From Rhina ancylostomus (taxonomy: Eukaryota): a DNA stretch of 64,000 nucleotides. A program made the translations under genes and the position numbers. The notes beneath the pieces were generated by a model. That model saw nothing but the letters and a program-made list of their open reading frames with translations. It was not told where the DNA came from and did not search any database. The DNA is taken from contig JARFYF010000017.1 in assembly GCA_030265395.1 (NCBI GenBank), forward strand, positions 16,169,326-16,233,325. The letters are read 5' to 3'. This document shows positions 36,041 through 50,215 of this stretch, in pieces (the stretch's first letter is position 1; each line of letters opens with the position of its first letter).

Positions 36041-38779
36041 CAGTAGCAGAATGTGTGCTTGTAAAGAGTGTCTCTCTTTATAAGATACAGGCTCGGAAAT
36101 GGGAATGTAACTGAGGTGGTCACCTAGAAAGATCAGCAAGCGAACAGTCCAGTTCAGACTCACAACCTAACCTTTACCACACATTTCTGCATACTATTTA
36201 CCTCCTAAGACATGTCAGATAATCTTTTGGAAGTTGCAATAAATGTGATTCCACTAGCATCCAGATCCTCTCTAAAGTTTCACCAAACTTTTTAAACCAA
36301 TGATTTCCAATTATCAATCCACTTATCAGAAGAAACAACTTCTTATTTATTCTATTAAACCTGCCATGATTTAGAATACCTTTATTGGGTCTCTGTATAA
36401 TCTGAAATCCTGTAACTTTAGTATTATAAACCTTGCTGTTCTTTCTCCAAGTCCTTGACATCTTTCCCAGTGTACAATGCTCAGAATTGTCCACCACACT
36501 GAAGCTGACTAATGGTTTTGTATGATTGCTTTTTGATATCCCTATTGCAAAACACTTTATCAACTTGCCCCACCACCCAAAAAAGATTTGTGACTATGCA
36601 TTCCTAGGTCAATATGCTCTTTCACACTCCACAAAATCATAGCATTTATATTAAACTACCTCTCCATATGATTTCTCCTGAAGTGCTTAACTTTACACTA
36701 AGTTGTATCCACAATCTGCCTGTCCATTTTACAAATTTGAAATTGTTCTTCTTCAGGGTAGGACTAATCTGCTTCCTGGACCCAAGAACCAGATCATTTA
36801 TAGCAAGGAAAGCAATCCTACAACATGCTTCTCAACAGCCAGAAAAACATCTCTCATCACTGTTTTCTGCCTCACCCTCCTTCATCATTTAACTAACTAA
36901 GATTCCATTGCTATTTTAATACCAAGTGCTCTACTTTACAAGTAATTCTGCCGTAACATGTCTATTAAAAGTCCATATGTTCATCTACTATACTTTTTCA
37001 TGAATTTTATTATTTCATCAAAGTATTCAATTCAGTTAATGAGACACAACTTGAGGCTTTTTACAAATACACATTGGTTATCACCTATTAACCTAACCTC
37101 TGTAAGTGAGAATTAATTTTGACTCTGAAAATTATCTCCAGCGACTTTCCACTTACCAACATTAGATTAATTGCTTGTACCTACAAGGGTTATACTTCCT
37201 TCTATTTTGGAAGAAGGGAATAACTCTCTGCATTCTCCAGTCCCATATTCATGAACTGAAAGATTGTCATCAAAACTTCCCTCCCTGACCTAAGATGCAT
37301 TTCTCCTAGGCCAGGTGACATTAATTTTCATATATGTTAACCTACTTTCATACCTATTCTATCTGTTTCAATACAACCTATTAATACTATGGCACTCTCC
37401 TCCACTGTGGCATTAACTTGACCCTCCATTCATTATATTTCTCCTTTACCAAAAATCCTACTGAACAATAGTGCCAATTAATGTTGAATTATGGACAGTT
37501 TCTCAAATGATATTAAAATAATTTAAAGGTAATTCACCTGGGCCAATTAATATTGGTGTAAATACATGTCTTTCATTATTTTGGGCAAAATAATGGTGAA
37601 GTTGACAATCCATAGTAATGCAAAGTTGCTTGACTTTTTTAAATCAGAAGACACTGGCTTAACAGATGCTTCAGACCACAATGTAACAATATGAGGTTTC
37701 ATTAACTTCTTTTGATTGTTTTGCTCCAATTGGGACCTTTTGAAAGCAATATTTAATGCTGGTTACATCTGCTGAGAAAAGAACTCGAATGCAGCAAAAT
37801 AAACTCTTGAACAAAACTGTATTTCTTAATTTATGATAACAAACAAACTTTTGAAGCAAACTTTTTATGGCTCCAGAATTTATGAAAACTTAATTCAAAG
37901 ATAAGTACTTGCTGTTGACGATATGAACCAAATGATAAACCAAAGGGGTTGAAAATTAATTGTACCATTTTATTGTACCTCGTGTGTGGCTTTTAAGTGA
38001 AACAAAATGCTTCAGTGATCTGAAACTAAAAATAAAATTAGATCAATTTGCTACTAATTAATTTGACATGCAAAATATTATCTGCTTTTTTTCTTCTTTT
38101 TCTTCCTCTTTCTCTGAGGCAATCATGTAGGGTCAAGGATGACTTGCTTCCAATCTGGTTTAGTGGGTTCTGAGGTGGCTGATGTGACCAGTGTGTGACC
38201 TGAAGTTTCTGTCACAAGTGGGGCAGGAAGTCTTGGCTGGAGAGTTTGGGAAGTGGTGCTTTCCTTCTGCTGCTTCTGTGTACTCCTGACAAATATCCCA
38301 GGGGTTCTCAATGTCATCCTGAATGGTCCTTCTCCATGGATCAGGGATTTCCACAAGTTGAGGGTTTTGAGAACATTGGTGAATTGTATCTTCTGTCCAC
38401 TCTCTTCTGAGACAAAGCTCAGAACATGGTTTCTATTTCAGGGCTCTGATGTTGGGCATCCAAGCTGACAGGGTGGAATTAGGGCCTGGGACTGGATGCT
38501 GACATTGAGTTGCTTATCTTGCCAGTTTGGAGGATTGTGCAGAGACAGCATAGGTGATATCTCTCCACTTTGAGTGCCTACTGTAGGTAGTCCAAGTCTC
38601 AGAAGAGGATGGTAGGGCAGGGATTACTGCTGTCCAGCAGAACGTGAGCTTTGTGCTGGGTTTAGGATCTTGATTTCTAAATATCAAGATGGCTAAAGGA
38701 TGTTCTGATCCACTGAGGCAAGGATGAATTTGATCATCAATGACTTCCTTCATTAAAAGATGTCTCCCAACATATAAAG

Positions 38780-39357
38780 TCATAGAGTAGTACAACACAA
38801 ATACAGGCCTTCAGCCCAACGAGTCCATGCCGACCACAGTGCCCACCCAGCTCGTCCCAATTTCTTGCACTTGGCCCATATCACTCTAATCCCCACTGCT
38901 CCATGTACCTATCCAAGTGCTTCTTAAATGATACCATTGTACCTGCATCCACCACTTCCAGTGGCAGCTCGTTCCATATACTCACCACCCTCTGCATGAA
39001 ACAGTTGCCCCTCAGGTCCCTTTTAATTTTTTCCCCTCTTAACCTAAATCTATGACTCCTAGTTTTGGACTCCCCTACCCTGGGGAAAAGACTGTTACCA
39101 TCTATGCCTCTCATAACTTTCAACATTTCTCTGATGTTCCAGGGAATGAAGACCTAACCTAGCCAACCTCTCCCTATAACTCAGGCCCTCTAGTCCTGGC
39201 AACATCCTCATAAATCTTCTCTGCACTCTTTCCAGTTTAACCACATCTTTCTTATAACAGGGTGACCAAAATTGTACACAATGCTCCAAGTGCAGCCTGA
39301 TTAACGACATGTACAACTGTAACATAATGTCCCAGCTCCTATACTCAATGCCCTGAC
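38780..39357 (-). mobile_element. CR1-type LINE 3' portion
   Basis: HLEHCVQFWSPCYKKDVVKLERVQRRFMRMLPGL and MQRVVSIWNELP..FKKHLD, plus the CR1 tail. Confidence 0.88.
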
Positions 39358-39799
39358 AATGCCCTATTGGATGGCATTTGTTTATGCTACAATGTCAACC
39401 TTCAGATGGTGCATCATAGCTAGATCCCAAGTATGCTAATAGAATTTCTCATCACATATATGTGCCGGAAAGAATGGGCTCTGTTCCACGAGGCCCCTGT
39501 TAAAAAGGTTGGTTCTCTTTGATCCTTGAAATTACAGTGGACATTCTGGTAGGTCTGCTAATGCACCAAGCATCCCATTGGCTACCTTCTCTAGTCTATC
39601 ACATTGAAGTGCTCATCCTCTGGCCACCGAGGGAAAGTTTGTGTGTAACTTTGCCCAACAAGTAGAAGGATCCTGTGATACGCTTTCCTTCCTCTCTGGC
39701 TGCGGACTGCTTTTATCCATAGTTTCATCATGTACATAATGTAGCTCTGAGTTATCCTCAAAATTGTCAGTATCTGAGCTGGGAGTGCTAAATTAGTCT

Positions 39800-40052
39800 A
39801 TGGTTCTATTCCGGCCACTGCCTGTAAGGAGTTTGTATGTTCTCCCCGTGTCTGTGTGGGTTTACTTGGGTGCTCTGGTTTCCTCCCACATTCCAAAGAC
39901 GTATGGTTTAGGAAGTTGTAGGCATGCTATGTTGGTGCCGGAAGCGTGTCGACACTTGCAGGCTGCCCCCAGAACACTCTATGCAAAAGATGCATTTCAC
40001 CGTGTGTTTTGATATACATGTGATTAATAAAGAGATCTTATCTTATCATCTT
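39800..40052 (+). mobile_element. V-domain SINE
   Basis: GTAAGGAGTTTGTATGTTCTCCCCGTG...TTTCCTCCCACATTCCAAAGAC with a (TCTTA)n tail; closely related to 55523-55813. Confidence 0.8.
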
Positions 40053-41038
40053 AGTCTCTGACAAGTTTTGCACCAGTGCCTAAACAATTAGGAGTTTTTG
40101 NNNNNNNNNNNNNNNNNNNNNNNNNNNNNNNNNNNNNNNNNNNNNNNNNNNNNNNNNNNNNNNNNNNNNNNNNNNNNNNNNNNNNNNNNNNNNNNNNNNN
40201 AATGAGTACACAATGACTTGGAGTCCAGCCTTCGAATGTATGGATGCTCAATCATTATCTGTAAACCCCAGGCAATGGCTGAAGGTGGGGTAACCTTGGT
40301 TCTAGAGTGCTGGCAAAGTAGGTTTCTCATTGGCCATGTAAATTAGCTTCACTCCAGCAGGAAGCTTGTTGGAAGTGAGGCGCATAAGTGCAGCGAGAAA
40401 GAGTGACAAAAGTTTTGGTGATGATGCCGCCCTGCTTGATACCAATCTTCCTTCGTGATCTCATGAATCTAGTCACCTTTTTTCCAGTTTGCCTCATATG
40501 CAATTTTAAAGCCTGAAATGATCATTCCATATATTGGAGTACCATATCTTTATAAGGATAATCTTCAGCCCTAGAATTCCTCAAGGACTCTCCATGCCTC
40601 TAACACAGATCTTATTTCATTCATCATATTCCTGTCAGCTGTGCATTCCACAAACTCTAAGATTCTTCCCTGATCCTCTCTGCTTCTCTAACCTTCATTA
40701 AGACCTTCCCTGAAATGTACCTCTCTGACCAGGTTTTAGATCACATTTTTGTTTCAGGTTTGCAGTTCCTGCAGTTTTTGATTTTCGTTTACTTCACATA
40801 AATTCACAGAAAAGTTTGAGCAGGATAAAAGCTAGTGACAAACTATAAAATGATAAATTATTCTGTAATCAGGATTAAAGAAAGTTTGATTTGGAAGTTA
40901 CAGGAAATTCAGAAATCCATAAACTCTTTAGACCCTCTGTGAGAGACAAGGGTGGAAAGTGAAAAGTGGATTGTGAAGAAAATGGTTTGGAAGGGGAATT
41001 AAAAACTTAGTGTAGATCCTTGTCATGGATCAACTGTC

Positions 41039-41108
41039 TGTCATGGTTCTGAGTTCTGGCCCTCAATTTGGCTCCATTAATGCCTTGTTGTCCAGCACAT
41101 GGATTCCA
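41039..41108 (+). repeat. 70-bp dispersed repeat end, copy 2
   Basis: Matches 18781-18850 with one mismatch. Confidence 0.9.
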
Positions 41109-43299
41109 NNNNNNNNNNNNNNNNNNNNNNNNNNNNNNNNNNNNNNNNNNNNNNNNNNNNNNNNNNNNNNNNNNNNNNNNNNNNNNNNNNNNNNNNNNNN
41201 NNNNNNNNCCTGAGGAAGTATCCTGACTCCAGTCTTGTATCGGTGTGCTGCATTTGGGTTCTCTGTGAGTTTGCTCTGGATCAACTTTGTGACACTTTCT
41301 GTCATTGCATTATTTGTAATAAGGTGAAAGAGGCTGTCACTGGCCATATATATTCAAGGTTATAGCTTTTGAGGTAACTCCAACATAAGAAAAAATGGTG
41401 ACTATCAAAGACAGCCAAATATCAGAAAGGATCAAGTCTCAAAATTGGAACTGTGTATTCAGTGAATGATCCAAAGCAACAAAAAATTCCATTTATATAG
41501 TATCTTAAATGTTGTGAGGGACTTCACTGGAGTTATCTCAAATACACTTTGACACAAAGCAACATAAAGGCATGGTAAGACCAATGTTAGTTCTGAGGAG
41601 AGTTTTTTAGTTTAAAAGAGTGAGGTAGAGGTGGGAGAGGCTGAAGAGGCAACTCCAGAGCTTAGAACCTCAGCAGCTGAAGGTATAGCTATTGATTATA
41701 AACAGGAATGTTCAGAGGCTGGAATTTGAGGTGCATGGAGTTCTTGGCAGATTACAGGCCTGGAGAGAGCAACAAGGGGAACAGCCAAGAAAAGAATTTC
41801 AAATTAGTGTGAATATTTTCAAAATTTAGATGAATGAGGAACAAGAGCCATTGTAGATCACTGAGGACAGATGGGTGATCAGTAACAGGAGTTGTCACAA
41901 CTTACCATGCAAGGAAGATTCTCTTCAGGAAACAATTTTAGATAAGGCAGATTTACAATATTCTATCCATCTCCTTCACCTGAGAGGGGAATATAGAGGT
42001 CCTGGAAAGGATGTGGATGAAGATGTCAGACTTAAGGATCTTCAGGCCGACATGTCGGCCTGAAGATCTTTACTTTAATGAAGGGATTGGACTTAACTCA
42101 GGTGAATTGGTTGCTAAAGTCAGGGAAGTTAGCAAAATCCAAGGAATGCATGCAAAAATGACAAAGGCCAAGATGAGTCTCCCAGAACCACTTCTTATGA
42201 CAGAACTCTCAATACTTGGAAATATGTTAGTGCAAACATTCAAATCAAGCAAAATTCAGAGGGCGTCTAACTTAGCTAAATTCGGAAGGTAAGTGGACTA
42301 CTGGAAGTTAATTCACATTGAGTTGGAGCTTTGTTGTGCATCTTTCAGGACTTGAAGATACAGTTCCCAGAGCTCAGTATGTGCGTAGGTGAAAATGTGC
42401 TGAAATTGCACCATGTCAGAATGGAACATGCTGAATAGACCAGCTGATCCACACTTGTCCTTCCTGTATGATCACATACAAGTAAACAAAAAACATCCAT
42501 TTTATGGCCAGCAGCAGACACTAATAAAAAAAACAATCAACACAATCTAAATCCAATCAGTAAAGACTCCAGAGAAAACTGGGAAGATATTTCACAGGAG
42601 GAAGAGGTGGTTTTTACACCATTAAACTCCCAATAGATAGAGCAAATTTATAACTTACATTATCAATGGTTTTACAGTTTTTTTTCAAGTTGAAACTTGT
42701 ACAAATTAGTGTTTCTATTAATTTCCATGTATTCAGAGGTTTTGTGGTTCACACTATTCTTTAAACAAGGCAAGTCAAATATTTACATTCCTTGTAAATT
42801 TCTGGGATTCCCATAGCTGCTCCAGCAAACATTTTCTTTTGCATTGTAGATCATGTGCCATTATGTGGCTTGACATGGACAAACTGTGTCTCAGCAACAG
42901 CAACAGCTATTCTCAAGGTCATTTCCTTTCAGCCTGTGCATCTGAGGAATATTTTTCTATTTCCCCATGAGAAAGAAGGAAGTTATTCGATCCATCAAGT
43001 TTACGTCACCTCTTAGGACAATCCCATTCCCCCATTTCTTTCCCTGTAAATTGTCTCACACGTCACCAAACCTCCTTTCCCAGAAATTTTTTATGAGCCA
43101 CCTGCACAAGGGATGATTAAGAGCTGGTAATTAACCTAAGAATGAGCATGCATTTAGGATGTGAGGAGAAATCTGGGGCTCTCTGGGAATCCCACGCAGA
43201 TATGTGTGTTCAAGCTCCACAGAAAAGCTGCATCGTTCATCAAAGATGGAATAGGGAAGGAGTTGTGTAAGTGTTGATTTTGATGCACTTCTGAGCAGC

Positions 43300-43395
43300 A
43301 TAAAAGCAGAAAATATTGGAAATATTTGGCAAGTCTAGCATCATCTATGTAATAGAGTTAACATTTCAATCCAATGACCTTTCTTGAGAACCAGA
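43300..43395 (-). mobile_element. Old copy of the hammerhead-bearing repeat
   Basis: The minus strand at 43356-43392 reads GGTT-CTCAAGA-AAGGT-CATTG-GATT-GAAA-TGTT-AACT. Confidence 0.45.
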
Positions 43396-44284
43396 GTAAG
43401 TTAATGTTAAAATGAGTTTCCAATTGCTGAGAAAGGCACTGGGGACAGTAGGGTAGGAGGGGTAGGGTGTAGTTGTGGAGAAAACAGAGGGGAAAGAGTG
43501 TTAAGGGATGGGGACTGGGAGCAATTGAATGACAGAACATCAATTGGGAATCTGTTTGCCACCTCATGTGAATACAAACTATCCCATGTTCCCATGCAGG
43601 AAATTCTCACCATGTTCAGGTTCATATTCCAATATCAACCAACACAACTAAAACAGGTATCTGGCCATTCAATCATGCTGTAAATTGTGCATGTATTTGG
43701 CTACATAAAGTGCCTGCACTCAAGGGCAGTAGAAGTACATGTCACCATGATGTAGGAGTGGATTACATAGGAGAAATCATCCACGATGAAGAATGCATTT
43801 AGAAGAACATGTATCACTAATTTTGATTTGTTTAAACTCCCTTTAAATGAATTAGCATGCCACATCATTGAAGTTGGACATTGTATTATGCTAAATACAA
43901 GGGTTCTGTGTATAGAGCAGTGAAACTCAATGCCTTGTGTGTCAAAGGGTTACCAGGGAAAAGGCCCGACAGCCTACTGGTGACGTCAAGAAAGCAGAAT
44001 TCTGTGCGGTTTATAATGAGCAGCTAATCCAAAACAAAGACTGTGGGGGGGGGGGTGGGGCAATGTTGCTTTTTATAAGCTAGGATAACCTGTAGTATTT
44101 TGCAGCCAATGCAACGTTCCTGAAGTGTAATCTGTTTAAGTGGAAAGAGCAGTTGCCAATAGTACCTATAAACAGCAATGTAACAATGACAACTAAATCT
44201 TCATGTGACTTTGAGAGCCCACAATCAGCCAGGACAATAATGTCATGGGTTCCTCTACAACCAGCAATACGTGACTAGGGGCTA

Positions 44285-44425
44285 GATTTAAAATCCCACC
44301 TGACAAAGTGACCCTTCTGACAGTGCAGCATTCTCACTTCACTGGAGTGTCAACTTCGATTTTCTTGTGCTAAAGTCCACTGAACGCATAGCTTTCTGTC
44401 AGAAGTGAGAATGCAACCAACCTTG
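44285..44425 (-). mobile_element. Deu-domain (SacSINE1-like) SINE remnant
   Basis: TCTGACAGTGCAGCATTCTC...CACTGGAGTGTCA is the reverse of the Deu-SINE core also seen at 19726-19812. Confidence 0.5.
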
Positions 44426-47245
44426 TGCCATGGTTAGCAACTAACACAATCTTGTGAGCTTCCTACTAAGCAGGTAGTTTTACTGAGACCAGGAGATGAT
44501 ATTGTGTAAATTTCAATTTTAAACTGATATCACATTTGATGTTATTGGAACCAAATGTGTGAAAGCAAATACAACTAATGGCTTGGACCAAAAGTTTGAG
44601 ACTAAAGGCAAATTTCACCCCCATTCTTTATTACTGAAGAACAAAATAATTTTGAAATCTTGCTTCTAGCAAACTTTGAAATTTGTACAAAGATCTTTCA
44701 TCATGAACAGCTGTCTATGTAACATTGTTTACTTCAATTATTTTGAAATAGAAATGCATTATTCATCACCTAATGTGAAATTAGGTTTGCAATCTCAAAG
44801 GGAGTTTATAAATGAAGATTTAGAGAGTTTTTATGCATTAGTCCCAAATATTCAAAGATCAATTTGGAAAGTATGAACCATGAATGACAATATTCTACTT
44901 GACAGATTGTAATATTAGGTATATAACTGTAAATAGATCTTGAAAGTTTCCTATTTAAGAAATGTTTCATCATCTTCAGTATTTGAATAGCTTGTAAAAA
45001 TAAACTTGATTTATTAGACATAAGTACTGACAATTCCAATAATTTGCATTTAAATATCACTTTTAATATATGAAAATAATTCACAGGAATACAATACTGC
45101 AAAATTTGACCTCCAATGAAATAATAGAACAGATAACCAAATACCAAGTGAAAAATATAGGTTGCAAAGATGAGATGTGCAGGGACCTGAAGATACCTTT
45201 GTGAATAATCAAGCAAAGGGAAAGTTCCTCAAGGAACACTGGGTTCCTGGGGGAATCCAGAGGTGTTGATGTGGGGTGAGAAGTGAAGCCATTGCAGGAA
45301 ATCCTTTGCGTATGACTGGGTTTGTCAGAGTAGAAATAGATGAATGCACTCTTCCTCTGGTGAAAATGGAGCAGAGGTGCTGGAAGAGGATGTCATGTAA
45401 CCATGCCAGAGACTGAGAAATATATGGAGTTATCTTGCACCATTGTCAGTCACATAGGGTGTTATATGTGGTTTTGGTTGAGGCCAGTGCTAAGTGGAAG
45501 TCTGATGGTTGCAGGCATCTGAATAAGCAGTTGCAAGCTGTAAGAGTGGTGATGACTGATGTCACCTAAGGGCACTGAAACTATGCAAGAAGGTTAATGA
45601 TCTTCATCAAGTATTTTCACTGCATAATGGAAAAGTGTCTTTATTACAGTTCTGTGACTCTGTAACTATTCTATCTGGAACTCATCTCACAAGTCCTTCC
45701 TCCACCACCCAAGCAGCACGTCTCAATTCTGACCACTCATGTTCTAGGGGCCATCGGCCAACTGTCTCTCTTCTAACATTAGCTGTGTGGTGCCGGATGG
45801 AGCTTTCTTACAGATATTTCCTACAGCTACTGCTGTCAACAATGCTGCAGGAGAAATGGTCCGACAATACCGGAGCAGCAAACCATTGACAGGTAGAATC
45901 TCAGACATGAAAAAAGAAATACCTTTTGAGGACCAGGCTTACGCTTGAGAGTGCCTTGCAATTTATATGTCCAATGTGAAAGTCAAAGGTAGGAATGTCA
46001 GAACACTGGTGAGGGTTTTCAGTTACACCTTTTATTATTGCTCATTCCTTTGATATCTCCCATCCCTTGTCGATACCACATGATCTATATATTCAGTCAG
46101 TATTTAGCATTTTACTTAAAGCAAATACTGCCTTTATCCAGCTGGTTGGTAACAGTATTTTTGTACAGTTGCTCAAGGAGAGTTTAATTGCAGAAATTCA
46201 TGCTGGAATCTTTTTGAGCTAGAGCTTCATGTTATTTATTTATTTACTTTTTATTTATTCATTGACAGGATGTGAACGTTGCTGACAAGTCCAGCTCGGT
46301 CTGCCTAATTGCCCTTGAACTGAGTGGCTTGCTGGAACATTTCAGAAGGTGGTTGAACGTCAACCAATTATACATCCTCTCCTAGTTAAACTGTCAGACT
46401 AATAGAATTAGTTAAAAAGATTACATCGTACTGAATAAATCACTCCCCTGGGTACAATCAGGCAATTGTGGTTACACAGCCACATACATTAAATGGGAAG
46501 GGTGCAGGAATATTTCAGTTTTGCCCTCTTATGCAGCATGGACAAGGGAAATCCTGGTGAGTAATACATCAAAGTAATCCAGGAGTGTAGGGCTACAAAC
46601 ATTTTGAATAAGCCGAAGTACTTGGTATAATCTTCCAAAAATCGCAACAGAGGCAAAAAAATTAAAATGAGTGGGTCAGGGTATTATATTTGTTTGTATG
46701 TTACTACACATTAAAAGCTGTAATTCCAAGCCTACTTTCCTGCATTTGTTAATTATGTTTTTCATCTGTCAAGACCTTCATTATTTGCAGTTTGTCTTAT
46801 GAAAAATGAATCACAGGATTTAATTTACTTGAGTTTTTAAATAAGGTGGTCTGTGTTTCATATAGCAAGGTCATATTCAGAGTTCTGCAGTGTGTACTAT
46901 CCGCAAAATGCACTGCAGTCATTCGCTCAGGGTACCTCCGACACCTCCCAAATCCACAACTTCTACCAGCAAAAAGGACAAAGACTGCAGGTGCAAGGGA
47001 ACACCATCACCAGCAGATTCCCCGGCAAGTTGGTTGTCATCTTGATTTGGAAATATATCGGCTGTCCCTCATTATTACTTGGTTTAAATCAAGGGACTCT
47101 CTATCCAACAGTACTGTGGGAGTGATTTCGCTAGAAGTATTGCAGTGGTTCACGGAGGCAGCTCATCACCACCTTCTCAAGGGTATTTAGGGATTGAACA
47201 CTGATCTTGTAGAAACATCCAGATTCTGGAAAATGAATGAATAAA

Positions 47246-47375
47246 ACCACCTTTGCAGGGAATTATGCAGGTTGCATTTTTTGGCAATCCAAAATTGGGG
47301 AAGAATCTGAACCACCTTTGCAGGGAATTATGCAGGTTGCATTTTTTGGCAATCCAAAATTGGGGAAGAATCTGA
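47246..47375 (+). repeat. Perfect 65-bp tandem duplication
   Basis: ACCACCTTTGCAGGGAATTATGCAGGTTGCATTTTTTGGCAATCCAAAATTGGGGAAGAATCTGA at 47246-47310 and 47311-47375. Confidence 0.95.
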
Positions 47376-49774
47376 GAAAATTTCTCCAATTATATCCCTT
47401 TTGAGCACGAGGAAGCAGTTCTCTGATTTTGTGTCAGCTCTACACAGCAGCAAACAGCTTGGCATTTAAAATTATATCACTACATTGTTTGAAATGTAGA
47501 GAAAATTAATAAATTCTATTTGGGAATGAAATAAACAAGAAAATATATTTTAATTAAGTGCTTTAATACTATACTCCTGTACTTTATCTTATCAGTAATG
47601 AAATACTAAAAGACACATCAAAATGCAGTATCTTTAAGCAATTGAACAGAAAAACAAGTTTTTTTTAAGATACAATACTTAGAAGTAAACAGGATAATTC
47701 TTATAAGTTTTATCTGACCTTTTTTATTAAAAGGAAGACATGACTGAAAAATACTTGACAGCACAATCCAACATAAAGTTTTGTATGCCCATTAGGGGCA
47801 ATTGTGGAATCCTCTCAGTGTAACTAGATTGTCATGTAGATCAGGAGAGGGATGTTTCACCAGCTGCGCAGCCCATTTATCTAACAATTTACTGGGAGTG
47901 TAGATTCATAAATAACCTTCGGTTTTCCAATGGATACCATTCGATCAACAATAAGATGTACCCCTGGGAGAATATATTGCTTTTTTTTTGGTGAGTGTGA
48001 GATGACAGAACAGAATCCAACTGGAAACATAATGAATTTCTCACAGATTTGACACCAGTGATGCTGGCAGCACACAAAACATCAAGCAAGTCCCAGATTT
48101 CTCAATGATGAGTACATGTTCTGACAATCCTGGTTCAGCAAGTGATAATTAACTCTGTATCTTAAAATCTCCACATAAGTAACAAGGGAGTTTGGGAGAG
48201 AATTTTACGGACAGGAGTTGTATTTCATGCTCTGCACCAGCACAAAGCACGAAGGTTTAGCTGTGCAGCATCTTATGTGATAAACCGGGACTTGCCTTGA
48301 AGTCTTATGCTGTTGCATGTCAGCATGAATTACAGTTACCATCTTAAATTCATTGAAAGTTATCCAGTAATATATGTATGTACCATTAACAATTATTGAA
48401 CATTCTCAGGTGAAATACGTTCTTGTTAGCCACTGTAGAATGTATATTGTATTACAAGTGACTTCAAAGAAAATTTGGCCTGGTTTACAGAATCACATTT
48501 ATCATCAAGCTCCTGAAAATAAAACTCAGCCATGCATAAGTGAAAATATAATTGAATTAAACTTAAGTGCTGTTGCATCACATATAATAAGCAAAGCTGG
48601 CCATTCTGTCTGGTGAATTCTGTTTGAAGTAACACACCACAGCATCAGAAGGTGTTATGTAATGCAGTTACTGTAGGGGTTTAGCTATGGCTAAATATTT
48701 TTTTAAAAAATCATAATAAAATTAAGGTATTCCAAGCAGAACAACAGAATACCTTTGCACGTGAAAAGTTCTAAAGTTATTTTGTTCAGAGGATTAATGT
48801 CTTTTTTTATGAAAAGGCTTTGGCAATGAAAATTATAGATTAATGTCACGTTGTGGACTGTACATTAATGTTCAGCAAGTCTTCAGCAGCTAGCCCAATA
48901 TTGCTGTATCGAAGCATGTTGTAGGCTTCAGTGCAGAAACAACGTATAAGACAATTATTGGCACTGACAGGCAAAATCACTGCCAGAATATGACCCACTA
49001 AAAAAAGCCATGATTAATAATGTAGTAGCAAAGTCACCCAGCTCTGCTGGAGTCCAATACAATTGAACTTGAGAATCACAGTGGCAGTACATTCTGTAAC
49101 GGTGCAGACTAATGAATCAAACCCTTGAGAAAGTGAGGAAAAACTTCACTACCTATAATTGCACATGAACAAATCATCTGACATTTATTTTCACAATGCA
49201 CTAGAAGAATCTGTTTATGTAACAGACATATTTTTGGAAGACCATGCTGAATCCTCTTCAAGAATGCAACAAAAAGGAAATACTACCTAAAAGCTACAGA
49301 AATATCCAGACTGCAACCCCAACAGTTGCACTGGTACTTCTCTGGTGGTACACTGCAGCAATGACTCAGCCAGAATTTGTGGGAGGTCAATGTAAAATGC
49401 ATCATTTACAGTAAGACCCGTAACATTGTTCTCTCATGTCTGAAAACTGCCTGTCCTATATTACCGAAAAGTGATCTCCATTGTTAGGAGAAGGTGGGGT
49501 AAGTGAGGCAAGAGGTAACAGAAGGAAACCTTCATTAGAAAATGGTGGTAAATGACCTCCTTTGCCCTCTTCTGGGAGTCCTGTGCATTCTCATCATCTG
49601 CAGTAGGGACAATCCTACTCTTTTTGTTGCAGCTTCCCCATCTTCAATGGATTAGGATGCTTCCAGGGAATTAGCTGTCATCAGCACTGACCCTGTAAAA
49701 TGGCTGGTCCTTTAAGGGGCAGATTGATATCCTACCCTTAGAAGAGCACATATAATTTTGTAACAACTGCTGTG

Positions 49775-50215
49775 CGCAAAGATTTACGAGAATGTTGCTA
49801 GGACTCAACAGCCTGAGTTATAGAGAGAAGTGGAGCAGGCTACGATCTTAATTCCTTGGAACGTAGGAGACTGAGGGGTGATCTTATCCCGGTGTATAAA
49901 ATCATGAGGGGCATTGATAGGGTGAATGCACAACATCTTTTTCCCAGGGGAAGGGAACCAAAAACTAGGGGGCATAGGTTTAAGGTGAGAGGGGAAAGAG
50001 TTTAAAAAGGGGCCTGAGGGGCAACTTCTTCATGCAGAGGGTGGTGCATATTTGCAACAGGGTACTGGAGAAAGTAGTTGAGGCGGGTATAAGATATCTG
50101 GATAGGAATATGGATAGGAATGGTTGAGAGGGACATGGGCCAAACGTGGGCACCTTGTTCGGCATGGACAAGTTGGGCCGAAAGGCCTGTATCCGTTCTG
50201 TATTACTCTTTGACT
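49775..50215 (+). mobile_element. CR1-type LINE 3' portion
   Basis: AGATTTACGAGAATGTTG, GGGGTGATCTTAT, AAAATCATGAGGGGCATTGATAGGGTG and GGGCCGAAAGGCCTGT. Confidence 0.85.

Larger units (their letters stand above)
38120..40600 (-). mobile_element. RTE-clade LINE, decayed and split by nested insertions (pieces about 38120-38775 and 40200-40600)
   Basis: GIKQGGII and SLFLAALMRLTSNKLPAGVKLIY (40330-40445), YVGRHL..IDDQI and ETWTTYSRH (38580-38775), and C-terminal CPTCDRNFRSHTGHISHLRTH* (38160-38225). The domains are colinear. Confidence 0.7.

Noticed and set aside
43981-43988. Isolated perfect CRE TGACGTCA
   Set aside because: A single 8-mer is expected by chance in 64 kb, and no exon or CpG island is nearby.
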